64,000 nt of DNA from a virus (lineage: Duplodnaviria > Caudoviricetes): positions 264-64,263 of IMG/VR virus record IMGVR_UViG_3300017967_004030; one strand, written 5' to 3'. This document shows positions 17,101 through 26,100 of the stretch, piece by piece. Numbering within the stretch: position 1 is the stretch's first letter; each line of letters starts with the position of its first letter. A program made the position numbers and the translations under genes. The notes under the pieces are model-generated. The model saw only the letters and a program-made list of their open reading frames with translations. It searched no databases and was not told the origin of the DNA.

Positions 17101-19479
17101 CTGCTTTACAATACCTACATATCCGCTGACGCCGCCGCCCGATTGTGCTTTCGAACCACTTAATGCACTGTAGGTGCTAGTAAAGTCTCCGGCGGTTATT
17201 GTACCAGAAATCGACCAATCCCAAATATCTCCCGCGTTATAGCCGGTTGACTCACATTGTAATATAATAGAATCACCTTCATTAGCTGATGTTATGAGAC
17301 TTTGTAGTGCAGTACTCCAAAAATTTACTGTAATGCTTTTTGCAATTGGTGTTGTTGAAGTGTCTTGTATTATAGCAAATATAGCATTTGAACTATTGTT
17401 AGGTCCACTTACTCGTGTTCCAAAAATTTCGGATCCTTCAGTTGTAGAATCTGCAACAGATGTTCTAGTAAATGTGTATGAACCATCTCCTGTGTTTGGA
17501 AGATTAGTAATTGTTACAGATGCTGTGCCGCTCATAGCCCCGCCAACAAAGTCTGCTGCAACAGCATTTGTTCCACTAACTGCATTTACGTTAGACCAAC
17601 TTACTCCGCCAGTTGTAGCTTCCCAGTTGCTTACTGTTCCTGTATATGTAAAGGTTTTGTATGTAGTTTCGTCACCGAGAGTTGGAGAACTATATCCAGT
17701 AGTAACATCTAAATCACTATTTACTACAGGAACGTTTGCAATTTCTGATTTTCCTGTCCAATAAATTTTAGTGCTTTGACCATTACCGTCTGATTGAAGA
17801 ACTGTAAAATCATATGTTATGCCTGCACCTCTAGCATCCAACACTGTTGTTGGTGTTACACTTACCGGTACTGTAACGCTTTGTCCAACACCTATGGTAT
17901 AATTTTTACTTGCAACTCCGCTGGCTGAACTTACACCGTCGACATCTACAGTCCAGGCAGCAGGTCTGTTTGTTTCTTGAACTGTTATTGTTCCGCTACT
18001 ATTGCCGGTGTTTGTAACAGTAATGTTTGTACTTGCCGAAGTATTGACAATTACATCTCCAATATCCCACGCAGTATTTTGAGTAAGGTATGCACTTGGG
18101 GTAACGCTAAAAGTGAATACCGCCGGTGGTGGAGGTGGTGGTGGTGGAGGTGGTGGGGGCGGTGGTGGGACACTAGTATCATTAATAACTATACTAATGG
18201 AATCTGCACCATTATCTAGACTAAGTGTTAATGTTTCAGGACCTTCTGCAAGTTGATCAGACACAGGACTAATTACTAAAGAATTTAAAGTTCCAACTGT
18301 AAAGGCTCCTTGCAAAGGTATTCCAATGTCTGCTTGGCTAGTTCCTGTAATAGTATAAGGGATAATAGTACCATTAGAAACATTTGTAGTTGTAAGAGTA
18401 ATACTAGCACTGCTGCCTTCATTGACACTAGCAGCTGATCTACTTAAAGTATAAGACGGAACAGGTGGCTGGCTTGCACTTAATTGTACTATTGTGCTGC
18501 CCACAGGAAGACTTGCTGTGGGAAATACTACAGTATCGTAAGCTGTACCATTAATATTTACTGTTCCATCTGGAATTAGTAGAGATACAGAACTTGTCCA
18601 ATCACCTAATACAGCTTCATCTATCGAAAAACCTCCGGGATTGGGATCTGTAAATAAAACTTTAAATTGAATTGTTCTACTGCTTGTCTGTAATGCATAT
18701 AACTCATATGCACTTTGACTATATGTATTACCTGCATCTTTTCTATAACAAAGTTGATAACTACTACTTAAATTTGTAGCACCGATATTTTGACCTTGGC
18801 CTACACCTTTATTACTAAATGTACTATCGCCTTTAAAACTAACAACTCCCATATTGTTCATTTCGGTTTGCCAGTCTATTGTTTTTTGCTGATTAAGATT
18901 ATAGCTTACACTTGCATTAAATCGTATTTCACCACCTGCATTAAAAAAATGTCTACGAGCAGCATCTGAAGGGAAAGTAACACTAAAAATATGGTTTATA
19001 TAACTAGTCCAATTTCCGCTTACAGAATTTAAATATGTACTTGATATTTGTGTACCTGAACTATTATTTAAATTTACTGTAGCTGCCTGATCAACAGTGT
19101 CGATTTCAAATTTATCATTTTCAATTTGAGTCATTAGGTTTTCTAATGACTGGATATATGCGATTTCTATTAGATCTGCATTCACAGGATCATTTTCAAA
19201 ATCTCCAACAATAAAATCATTTATAGATACATTTCCAGCACCCACTTGATGTGCTCTACATCTAATTAGATCAACATAAAGATCTTCATATTGCTGTGCA
19301 GTTATTTTGTCTGAAGTTGGAGGATTAACAGTGCGAGTACCTTGCACATCGCTATTAGCATTTAAAGTTTCTCCGTAACCGAAACTTGGAGTACTAGCTA
19401 ATGATAAACCTAGAACTTTTTCTAACCTATTTTGAAGGTTGTTAAATCTAGATGCTAAAATAGTTGTAGTTGTAGGCAT
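14104..19479 (-). CDS. Giant virion fibre/structural protein with Ig/Calx-beta-like repeats and polyproline linkers
   Basis: N-terminal domain shared with 19538-24577 (VTF...RRHFFNAGGEIRF). Repeated units such as SVNEGSSASITLTT...EGPETL and NINEGSSGTYTVT...TEGAES. Three polyproline runs. Located in the tail module. Confidence 0.75.
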   Translation of the reverse strand: MPTTTTILASRFNNLQNRLEKVLGLSLASTPSFGYGETLNANSDVQGTRTVNPPTSDKITAQQYEDLYVDLIRCRAHQVGAGNVSINDFIVGDFENDPVNADLIEIAYIQSLENLMTQIENDKFEIDTVDQAATVNLNNSSGTQISSTYLNSVSGNWTSYINHIFSVTFPSDAARRHFFNAGGEIRFNASVSYNLNQQKTIDWQTEMNNMGVVSFKGDSTFSNKGVGQGQNIGATNLSSSYQLCYRKDAGNTYSQSAYELYALQTSSRTIQFKVLFTDPNPGGFSIDEAVLGDWTSSVSLLIPDGTVNINGTAYDTVVFPTASLPVGSTIVQLSASQPPVPSYTLSRSAASVNEGSSASITLTTTNVSNGTIIPYTITGTSQADIGIPLQGAFTVGTLNSLVISPVSDQLAEGPETLTLSLDNGADSISIVINDTSVPPPPPPPPPPPPPPPAVFTFSVTPSAYLTQNTAWDIGDVIVNTSASTNITVTNTGNSSGTITVQETNRPAAWTVDVDGVSSASGVASKNYTIGVGQSVTVPVSVTPTTVLDARGAGITYDFTVLQSDGNGQSTKIYWTGKSEIANVPVVNSDLDVTTGYSSPTLGDETTYKTFTYTGTVSNWEATTGGVSWSNVNAVSGTNAVAADFVGGAMSGTASVTITNLPNTGDGSYTFTRTSVADSTTEGSEIFGTRVSGPNNSSNAIFAIIQDTSTTPIAKSITVNFWSTALQSLITSANEGDSIILQCESTGYNAGDIWDWSISGTITAGDFTSTYSALSGSKAQSGGGVSGYVGIVKQFLQESVNDGNKTMTVTWTHRDTGDSASTSLTLINDDLPSGVNSTTVNPTSSPVYNSFTHTVVGPPNTEHLGSVTSNNPSVADVPKGLPGTGATIPANGQLVFTRLQAKPGNYTYTSHFENVSGYSPLTASTNYTITAVLGLSRNNFTVIEGATGADREVTIAGGFPGGQFSINGQSLSAFVFDSNGTATIQIQTSPAGSYSFTIAEAFSNNSTTLNYTVTDVYQSTISISPSSPDVNQNATLTITGRPNGSFSVSGSDVFTGTFNSSGNYTSTVSFGSAGQRTYNVSVPNPDLASSLTFTVTAVYSPSVSIVSATGNPDGDVYIYYARPNTNFTWSATELTSGNSGSGTTNASGTATFPVTMSTSFGEGVTITVNFSDGTSAYYAVTPVEPTYSISGPSNINEGSSGTYTVTATGWASAPTLYWDVTGGSDFSTSSGSFSMFNNSGSFSLSPIADATTEGAESKTINVRKTASGGAVASQSITINDTSQTPVANPSPTYDNVAISWSPTSGTVNSTSFTLSWDGGYNSATLFGYDIYVISPSGNVNPNRYNTKSGSASGVADQVGTWTGYIKIYNLIDTSLEITVSTNPALTVNQAVTIPNPTIAFDAASAFIGETIRADYTAGTGANTTYAAIYPPSSTTAVVSSTTKPGGALTYEVLANTGNWRASIASSYYDATNTLKYVTASDTIAVGLPGPTGNIYFEGSGVYNVGDTITVTWTSSNTTTTVTAYAYYGLNSIVVGPVNGTSGSRTFTATAGGIHTAALAHGTDTLDTDTIFVSAAPPPPPPPPPPPPPPPPPPPGPTGSVSISPLSGTTSDIYTITWSSSNATTVAVNAYKDNVFQGLFSSSASGSTSTGIGQVGTWRADLVLNGTVVDQAFTIVSAVSTPPPPPPPPPPPPPPPPPPPPPPPPPTYAIQVTAVAVGLTAYVSITGGIPNTSYAYSVYKDGAAYTSGSRTTDANGTDTISAQLPTGFYTVGVAQTGAGSDGASFTISGGLLP
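14368..14442 (-). repeat. CCN tract encoding 25 consecutive prolines
   Basis: 25 NGG triplets on the plus strand, in frame with the 1791-aa ORF, mixed codons. Confidence 0.95.
14701..14757 (-). repeat. CCN tract encoding 19 consecutive prolines
   Basis: 19 NGG triplets on the plus strand, in frame. Confidence 0.95.
18124..18168 (-). repeat. CCN tract encoding 15 consecutive prolines
   Basis: 15 NGG triplets on the plus strand, in frame. Confidence 0.95.
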
Positions 19480-19507
19480 TAATTCTCTCTATACACTTTG
19501 CTTAGTG

Positions 19508-19515
19508 TATTTATT
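19508..19515 (-). promoter_or_regulatory. Late promoter motif AATAAATA
   Basis: In the intergenic gap upstream of the 1791-aa gene start at 19479. Confidence 0.7.
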
Positions 19516-19537
19516 AAAAAATAATACACAACTATTT

Positions 19538-22500
19538 TTACGGTAAAATGCCACCAATGCCGCCATCATTTGGTAGTACTTCGATGTTAGCCTGATCTAC
19601 AAATTCTCCATTTAACCATAATTGTACATAATAAAAGCCTTGAGTAGCAAAGTAGTACGAAGATGAACCGCTTGCACTAACTGTAGTTAACGGATTAAGG
19701 GTACTTACACCTTCTTTGCCTACTCTAATTTGGACAACTCCTGCTCCTTCACTTGTCCAAGTATACGATTCTATTATACCTGTTTCACTAAACGGAGCAT
19801 CCCAAGAAATACTTCCTGATGGTTCTGGCGGTCTAGCAATCATACTAGTTGAATCTGAAGCTAACTCTGTAGTTCCGTCAAATAATCTAACAGTCCACGT
19901 ACCTATTTGGTTTAAAGTTACAGGTCCTATCTGTCCTGATGCAGCAGTACTCACTGGACCAATTGTTTGTCCGTCTGGTCTAGTAAATGAATATTTAGGT
20001 GAATCGGCATTTGCTGTGGTCCACTCTATAAAGACTTGTGTTTCGTCAACATATCCATTAGCAGGATAAACATCTAAAGTTCCAGTTGCTTCTGGTGCAA
20101 CTACTGTAACAGTTGATGTATCAATAACTGTGCCATCTAATACTAATTCAAATGTATATGATCCAATTGTATTTAGAATAATTGTATCTGTACCTTGTGC
20201 TGTAACTTTATCATATTGTAAACGTAAACCATCAGGTTTTAATATATCCACTCTAACAGTTGACGCATTTGCCGCTGCCCAAGTATAGCTACATAAATTT
20301 GCACCTTGCATTTCAGCTGTAATTGTACCAGTAACTCTTGCTCCTACAGTAAATCCAACGGTATCAAGTGTTGCGCCTGTATAACTGCCTGTTCTAACTT
20401 GTACAGCCCAATTTCCTACAGGAGCATTTATAGGCACATCATAAATCCAATTTACGCTGTTACCGGTAATCTGTTGTACAGAAGATTGTGTTGTAGTGCC
20501 TAGCGGGTTAGTTACCGTTATATATACTAGTTCGCCATCCGGAACATTAGTTGTAGTAAGTGTGTATCTTATAGCACTTTGTGCAAACACATCAACGACC
20601 CTCGGACTTAATGAATAAGTAGGATCTGGAACATCTATTACTTCTCTTTGAACAGTAATAGTGTGTGTAGGGAATTCTCCACTAAAACCAGAAGCAGGTG
20701 CAGATATGGTAAATTGATATGTTTCTGCTTCGTCATCTGGAATAATTATAGCATAATAAACTAGTTTTGATTCAAAGTATTGTGTACCACGTGCATCTAT
20801 AGACCAAGTTCTTGGATTTGTAGCTACTCCAGAAATATTGCTCGGTTTATCAGAAAAATACACTTCGCCTGATACAACTGAATCTCTACCGTAATCTATA
20901 TAATTATCTTTATAGTCATCTTCAAAAATAATTGTAAGTCTACCACTTATTGTGTGTCTTCCGGTAGAAGGAATAGTTAGTGTGTCGGAAGAACCTTCTT
21001 GGAATCTGATAGGAGAAGCTGTATATTCATTTGGTTTTTCATTTATTACTATTTGTACAGTATCAGCTTCAATGCCAGGATAATCATATGTAACATTATA
21101 CACATAAGTACCAGCGGCGGTAATTTTGAATGTTCCTTCCCAATTACCTTGAGCATCAAATGTGCCAGTCTTTTCTTCTATTCCGTTATTAGCTCTCCAA
21201 ATAGTATTTGGTCTGCCTCCTGAGGCGGTTACTGTAAAGAATTCTCCTTTAAAGGCTGATCCCGGTAGTGACCATTTTACGTCATACTCTGGATCTTCTT
21301 CTCCAGTTGATGTATCTACTATTGCAACCCAAGCAACATCTAATCTAGGACCAGATCGGCTTGTTCTTATTTCAGTACCGAATGTTTCGCCACCTTCTTT
21401 TAGTAAATCCTCTGCAAGTGTTCTTGAAAAAGTTCCTGTATTATTGTTAATTGTAATACTTCCTGACAATCTAAAATCAGTAAAGTCGTCTTCTTCTAAA
21501 TAACGAGGTTGTCCTACAATATCACTATATTGTGTATGATTCCAATATAAAGTAGTTCCGTTTGGAACAAATGTAGTATTAACTGTATAGGTAAGTGTCT
21601 CTCCTTCATTGACAGAATCTTTGTTTGCTGATATACTGTATGTTGGAGTTCGATCTATTGCTTTTTCGTATGTAACTGGTATTACTATATTATCTATGCC
21701 TGCTTCATTAGCCTCTAGGAAAAATGTCAAACTTCCAGTAAAATTGTTGCTGTTAGTATTAAAAGAAAATTCTAGTGTAGGGGAGAAAGTAGGCGTTGCT
21801 GTGAAATTTAAAATAGAGTCCGGAGTAGTTGAAGTTGGAGTATAGTTTACTGGAGTTAAACTAGTAGTTACACCAGATGGGAAACTTGGACTCCAGCCTA
21901 TAACTTTATATTGACCGTTTTTAGCTTGGAACTGTATCTGTCTAGTAGTGATAGTAGTAAAATCAAGGCTCGCCGGGGCAGTACTTGCTTCTAAAGGTGC
22001 CTCAGGTGGATCTACGTTCTCTTCCCATTCAATGTAAACAGCTCCAACACCGCCACTACTTTGTCCTGAACTTGATCCGAATCCAATACCTGATACGTCT
22101 CCGCCTGTCGCTCCGCCGCCACCGCCGTATCTTCCGCCTGTACCATCTGAACCCGACCCGGAAGTTCCGTCGTTGCCACTGCCGCCTCCTGTTCCTGAAC
22201 TACCAGAAGGAGTACCAAATGCGCCTCCGACTGTATTTGTAAATGCAAGACCGGTACCGCCGCCGCCTCCAGCATAAAGAGCCGGTTCAGCACTACCGCT
22301 GCCGCCGCCACCGCCTCCAGCGCCTGCGCCGCCTTCTATACCTCGTATAGCGTCAATGCCTGTAAGATAACGGCCACCGCGGCCACCAGTCCCGCCATTA
22401 GAACCTCCCCAATATCCAGCGCCGCCTCCGCCGCCGCCACCATATTCGTAGTATCCTTGGCCGCCGGAACCGCCGTTTCCGCCAGTATCTCCATAGTAGC

Positions 22501-24577
22501 CTCCGCCGAGGCCGCCTGCACTAAGAACTGCATTGTTTACAATGTAGCCACCACGACGGCCGCCTAATCCTGCTATCTCTGTTTGAGATTTAAACCAAGA
22601 TGGTTGCCCGTTTTGTCCTAGTTGACCAAAACTGCCTGCGCCGCCAGCCCCAACTTGAACATCAAATTCTTGTCCAGGAGTAACTGTGATTGTTTTTTCT
22701 GCTGCGCCGCCTCCGCCGCCTCCGCCGCCGCCGGTACCTGAACCAGCGCCACCGCCTCCGATTACTCTTACTGTAAGTTGTGTTACATCATTAGGAACAA
22801 TAAACTTATATAATCCCGGTACATCTTCGAAAACTGGTGACGAAAGGTTAGATATATATTGCACTGAGGGTGGAGAGAATGATGTCTCATTAATTATTGT
22901 TTGGGCGCCATTACCAACCTCTAATACCACTGTACCAGTATCAGATCCTAATCTTAATTGTACATCGTATGTTTCGTCTGCACCATCCGTAAATGCGTCC
23001 GCAGTGGCAGTTAAACTAAAGCTTCCTTCTCCATTATTATCTAATGTAAATGATCCGCTAAGAGAATTACTTGTAAAATCACTTGCAGTTACATTATTTC
23101 CGACAATAGTATAAAACAGTTCTGTACCAGCATCTAATCCAGTTGTTTGAACTCCGTAAAATGCTGTGTATTGTCCTTCTTCGATAATTGTATCGTCTAC
23201 TGGATTTGTAGTGCTTACTGTAATTGCATAAGTAGGATTAGAAGGAGTTTCTACTCCTTCTGAATTGTCAACAATAGTAACTACTCCAGTTTGATCAACA
23301 AATCTTGTTCTAGCAGAATCTGTGAATAACCGTAGTCTAAAACTTTCATTACCTTCTGTAAAACTATCTGCTACTGTTGTTCTAGTTATTGTTCTTTCAG
23401 CTTGTGTATAAGCTTCTGATATAGTTATACTACCTTGTAACGTATTATCACTAAAATCGCTTGTAGTAATGCTACCGTTAACAACTTGTGTATCCCAATA
23501 CAAAGTAATCGGAAAATTATTTACACTTGCTGATACCACAAAATCTAATGATACAATGCGAGAACCGTTCTCGTCATCTTCATACATAGTTTTTTCAAGG
23601 TCAACACCGATGTTATATTCAGGGGCAGCAGGCGCAGGAGGAACATCAAATCCAGAAATAGAAGTTGTTGTTGCAAAATCTGGCTGGGCAATCTGAACAT
23701 AACTGCCTACAGCCCTATACATAACTATATTACTTTCTAATTTTCCGTCTACATTGTTGTCTACGTTTGTGCCTGTATCTAAATCATTAAATATAACTTT
23801 AAATTCAAGTTGACTTTCTGAAATTGCTCTAGCTTCTATAGAGTATCTATTTACTTCATATATTTGTTGATAAAGTCCGCGGCCAGTTTGTCCAAAAATT
23901 TCTTGATAACTAGATGTTAAATCATAGTTGCCAATGTTTCCTACAACTACGCTACCTTTTTTAGTCGACGTATATCCAAAAGAAATTGTTCCTACTTGAC
24001 TACAAATGTCAGCCCAATCTAATCCTTTAGGTGTATTTGCACCTGTATTTGCTGCTGTAAATCTAATCTCGCCGCCTGTATTGAAAAAATGTCTTCTATG
24101 ATCAGCATTGTCAAATGTTACAGTAAAAATATGATAAACCGAAGAGTTCCACGATGCAGATCTAAAATCTCTTAAGGATAGTTTTTGTTCTGCTTGAGAT
24201 GGATGTACGGTGAATTTGTCTGCTTCTACTTGAGCAATTAGTCTTTCAAAATCATCAAAACCTTTTTTGAATCCATCTGGATCTGTGCTTAACTGGCCTT
24301 GATTATTAATAAATTGACTAGTTTCTTCTGCAACTGTGTTTAAATTTGCTGTTACTTGCGCAATAGATAAATCGCCAGGTCCTACTTGGTGGACTCTTGC
24401 ATTTAGAATATCAGCATAAATGTTATTAATGTCTGATGCTCTAATTATACCTTCTAAGGCATTGACTTGTGAACTAGCTAGAACCTGTCCATATCCGCTT
24501 TGTCCTGAACCTGTCCCATAAATTAATGCAATTCTATTTTGCAGGTTATTAATATCAGCTGCCTGAATACTTGCCAT
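19538..24577 (-). CDS. Giant virion fibre/adhesin with Calx-beta/Ig-like repeats and a glycine-rich domain
   Basis: N-terminal domain shared with the 1791-aa protein, ADSFTEGNESF and SVNEGETLTYTV repeats, Gly-rich block at about 22025-22820. Confidence 0.75.
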   Translation of the reverse strand: MASIQAADINNLQNRIALIYGTGSGQSGYGQVLASSQVNALEGIIRASDINNIYADILNARVHQVGPGDLSIAQVTANLNTVAEETSQFINNQGQLSTDPDGFKKGFDDFERLIAQVEADKFTVHPSQAEQKLSLRDFRSASWNSSVYHIFTVTFDNADHRRHFFNTGGEIRFTAANTGANTPKGLDWADICSQVGTISFGYTSTKKGSVVVGNIGNYDLTSSYQEIFGQTGRGLYQQIYEVNRYSIEARAISESQLEFKVIFNDLDTGTNVDNNVDGKLESNIVMYRAVGSYVQIAQPDFATTTSISGFDVPPAPAAPEYNIGVDLEKTMYEDDENGSRIVSLDFVVSASVNNFPITLYWDTQVVNGSITTSDFSDNTLQGSITISEAYTQAERTITRTTVADSFTEGNESFRLRLFTDSARTRFVDQTGVVTIVDNSEGVETPSNPTYAITVSTTNPVDDTIIEEGQYTAFYGVQTTGLDAGTELFYTIVGNNVTASDFTSNSLSGSFTLDNNGEGSFSLTATADAFTDGADETYDVQLRLGSDTGTVVLEVGNGAQTIINETSFSPPSVQYISNLSSPVFEDVPGLYKFIVPNDVTQLTVRVIGGGGAGSGTGGGGGGGGGAAEKTITVTPGQEFDVQVGAGGAGSFGQLGQNGQPSWFKSQTEIAGLGGRRGGYIVNNAVLSAGGLGGGYYGDTGGNGGSGGQGYYEYGGGGGGGAGYWGGSNGGTGGRGGRYLTGIDAIRGIEGGAGAGGGGGGSGSAEPALYAGGGGGTGLAFTNTVGGAFGTPSGSSGTGGGSGNDGTSGSGSDGTGGRYGGGGGATGGDVSGIGFGSSSGQSSGGVGAVYIEWEENVDPPEAPLEASTAPASLDFTTITTRQIQFQAKNGQYKVIGWSPSFPSGVTTSLTPVNYTPTSTTPDSILNFTATPTFSPTLEFSFNTNSNNFTGSLTFFLEANEAGIDNIVIPVTYEKAIDRTPTYSISANKDSVNEGETLTYTVNTTFVPNGTTLYWNHTQYSDIVGQPRYLEEDDFTDFRLSGSITINNNTGTFSRTLAEDLLKEGGETFGTEIRTSRSGPRLDVAWVAIVDTSTGEEDPEYDVKWSLPGSAFKGEFFTVTASGGRPNTIWRANNGIEEKTGTFDAQGNWEGTFKITAAGTYVYNVTYDYPGIEADTVQIVINEKPNEYTASPIRFQEGSSDTLTIPSTGRHTISGRLTIIFEDDYKDNYIDYGRDSVVSGEVYFSDKPSNISGVATNPRTWSIDARGTQYFESKLVYYAIIIPDDEAETYQFTISAPASGFSGEFPTHTITVQREVIDVPDPTYSLSPRVVDVFAQSAIRYTLTTTNVPDGELVYITVTNPLGTTTQSSVQQITGNSVNWIYDVPINAPVGNWAVQVRTGSYTGATLDTVGFTVGARVTGTITAEMQGANLCSYTWAAANASTVRVDILKPDGLRLQYDKVTAQGTDTIILNTIGSYTFELVLDGTVIDTSTVTVVAPEATGTLDVYPANGYVDETQVFIEWTTANADSPKYSFTRPDGQTIGPVSTAASGQIGPVTLNQIGTWTVRLFDGTTELASDSTSMIARPPEPSGSISWDAPFSETGIIESYTWTSEGAGVVQIRVGKEGVSTLNPLTTVSASGSSSYYFATQGFYYVQLWLNGEFVDQANIEVLPNDGGIGGILP

Positions 24578-24586
24578 AACAAATCC

Positions 24587-26062
24587 TTATACTTTTAGAA
24601 CGCATTCAATTAATTTTTCATTTTCGTCATCGCTGCTTTCTAATGCAACTCCTACTAACCCGTTACTTGCAATAGTGGAAGCAACTCCATCCTGCCAAGC
24701 ATAAACTGTTTGTCCTTTTGATACTGGTCCTGCAACTCTAACAGGTACTCTACCTTTTAGTCCTATTGCTTGGCCGTCTGCTTCTGAATTCATTAAGTAT
24801 GCTGGTTTATCACTTATAACACCTATTACTAAATCACTAACTTTAGCAGCTCTAGCTTCAGCTTCGCCACCAACTGCCATAACAGTTCCTACTGGATATT
24901 CTTGATCAGTAGTATATTTCTCTGCTAAGTCAGCATATCTTGCGCTTGTAGCAGTACCTTGAAATAAGTTTGCTACTAAGTTACCATCTGCTGTTCTAAC
25001 TGCAACAGTATTATTACTAAGTAATTGGCTTCCGCTTGCATATAATCCTGTTGCATATTTTAATTGATCAGCTTTATCTGATATTCCTCTAAAATTAGCT
25101 GCATAAACTTCGTTCCATCTTAAAGCAGTACTACCAATATCAAAAATATTATCAGCACCTGGAACTATATTTGTAGGAGTAACTCTACCTATTTCTTTTG
25201 TTATTCCTAAATTATCTGTAGTACGCCAAATAATGTTTTGTGTAGGTAGTGTATTTTCTAAAATACCATCATTATTTTGAACGTAAATTCTAAACTCGTT
25301 ATTATCGCCTATTGTTAATCCAGCATTTGGAAAATTTGTTATACCTACAAATGATGCACCATCTCTCAACAAGAAATCAGTCGATGGTCTGCCGTTCAAT
25401 TTTGCTGCATTAGATGCTGTACCGTGGAATTCAAAATTTCTATCAGGTATTTGTGCGCTATTAGTAACGCCTAAATCAACTTCTTGTGTATACTTTAATG
25501 TTACACCTTTACGTACTAGATCAAACCCAGCAATTGCATTACTAGGATCTATTCTAAATTCAAAATTACTAATTATTGTAACTACTTGATCTTCGATTGT
25601 AGAAGCAATTACTGAATATGTAAGACCGTCCAAGCCTAAAATATCAAGACTTACCATTTGTGTAAGTCCTTCGCCAGCATTTTGTGGGCCTATTAATACA
25701 AAATTTGTTCCATTATATACATATAACTGTTCATTTACTGTATCCCACCAAAAATCACCTACTGTTGCACCTGTGGGTTGAGATTCCGAAGCGTTTGCGC
25801 CTCCTGATGTTTTCCAAGCATTACCGTCATAAAATTTTAATTTTGTTGCATTACTATCATACCAAATTTGACCACTTAAAGGCCTTTGCGGTGCAACTGT
25901 GCCGGAAAAATTTTCTAACAAAAACAAAAAGTTTTCGTTTTGTATTTCGCCGTATCCGGCATAATTCTTACCTATAAATTTTAAGTCAGTTGTTTGATCA
26001 AGAGTTCCATCTTCAACTGTAGTTAAAATGGTATTATTATATCTATCTATTTGGTATGCCAT
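24587..26062 (-). CDS. Tail fibre-like protein with C-terminal intramolecular chaperone (peptidase G2/IMC-like)
   Basis: N-terminal GKNYAGYGE..NENF..LLENF domain. C-terminal ARYADLAEKY...IGVIS.KPAYLMN...GRVPVRV.G.V.KG. Confidence 0.7.
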   Translation of the reverse strand: MAYQIDRYNNTILTTVEDGTLDQTTDLKFIGKNYAGYGEIQNENFLFLLENFSGTVAPQRPLSGQIWYDSNATKLKFYDGNAWKTSGGANASESQPTGATVGDFWWDTVNEQLYVYNGTNFVLIGPQNAGEGLTQMVSLDILGLDGLTYSVIASTIEDQVVTIISNFEFRIDPSNAIAGFDLVRKGVTLKYTQEVDLGVTNSAQIPDRNFEFHGTASNAAKLNGRPSTDFLLRDGASFVGITNFPNAGLTIGDNNEFRIYVQNNDGILENTLPTQNIIWRTTDNLGITKEIGRVTPTNIVPGADNIFDIGSTALRWNEVYAANFRGISDKADQLKYATGLYASGSQLLSNNTVAVRTADGNLVANLFQGTATSARYADLAEKYTTDQEYPVGTVMAVGGEAEARAAKVSDLVIGVISDKPAYLMNSEADGQAIGLKGRVPVRVAGPVSKGQTVYAWQDGVASTIASNGLVGVALESSDDENEKLIECVLKV

Positions 26063-26089
26063 TCCTATAAACCCCTAAGTGCTATATGT

Positions 26090-26097
26090 TATTTATT
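26090..26097 (-). promoter_or_regulatory. Late promoter motif AATAAATA
   Basis: Intergenic, upstream of ATG 26062. Confidence 0.7.
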
Positions 26098-26100
26098 CGT

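Noticed and set aside
22686-23114. Plus-strand ORF with polyproline, and other short ORFs at 21985-22533
   Set aside because: Antisense or off-frame shadows of the glycine-rich block of the 1679-aa gene.
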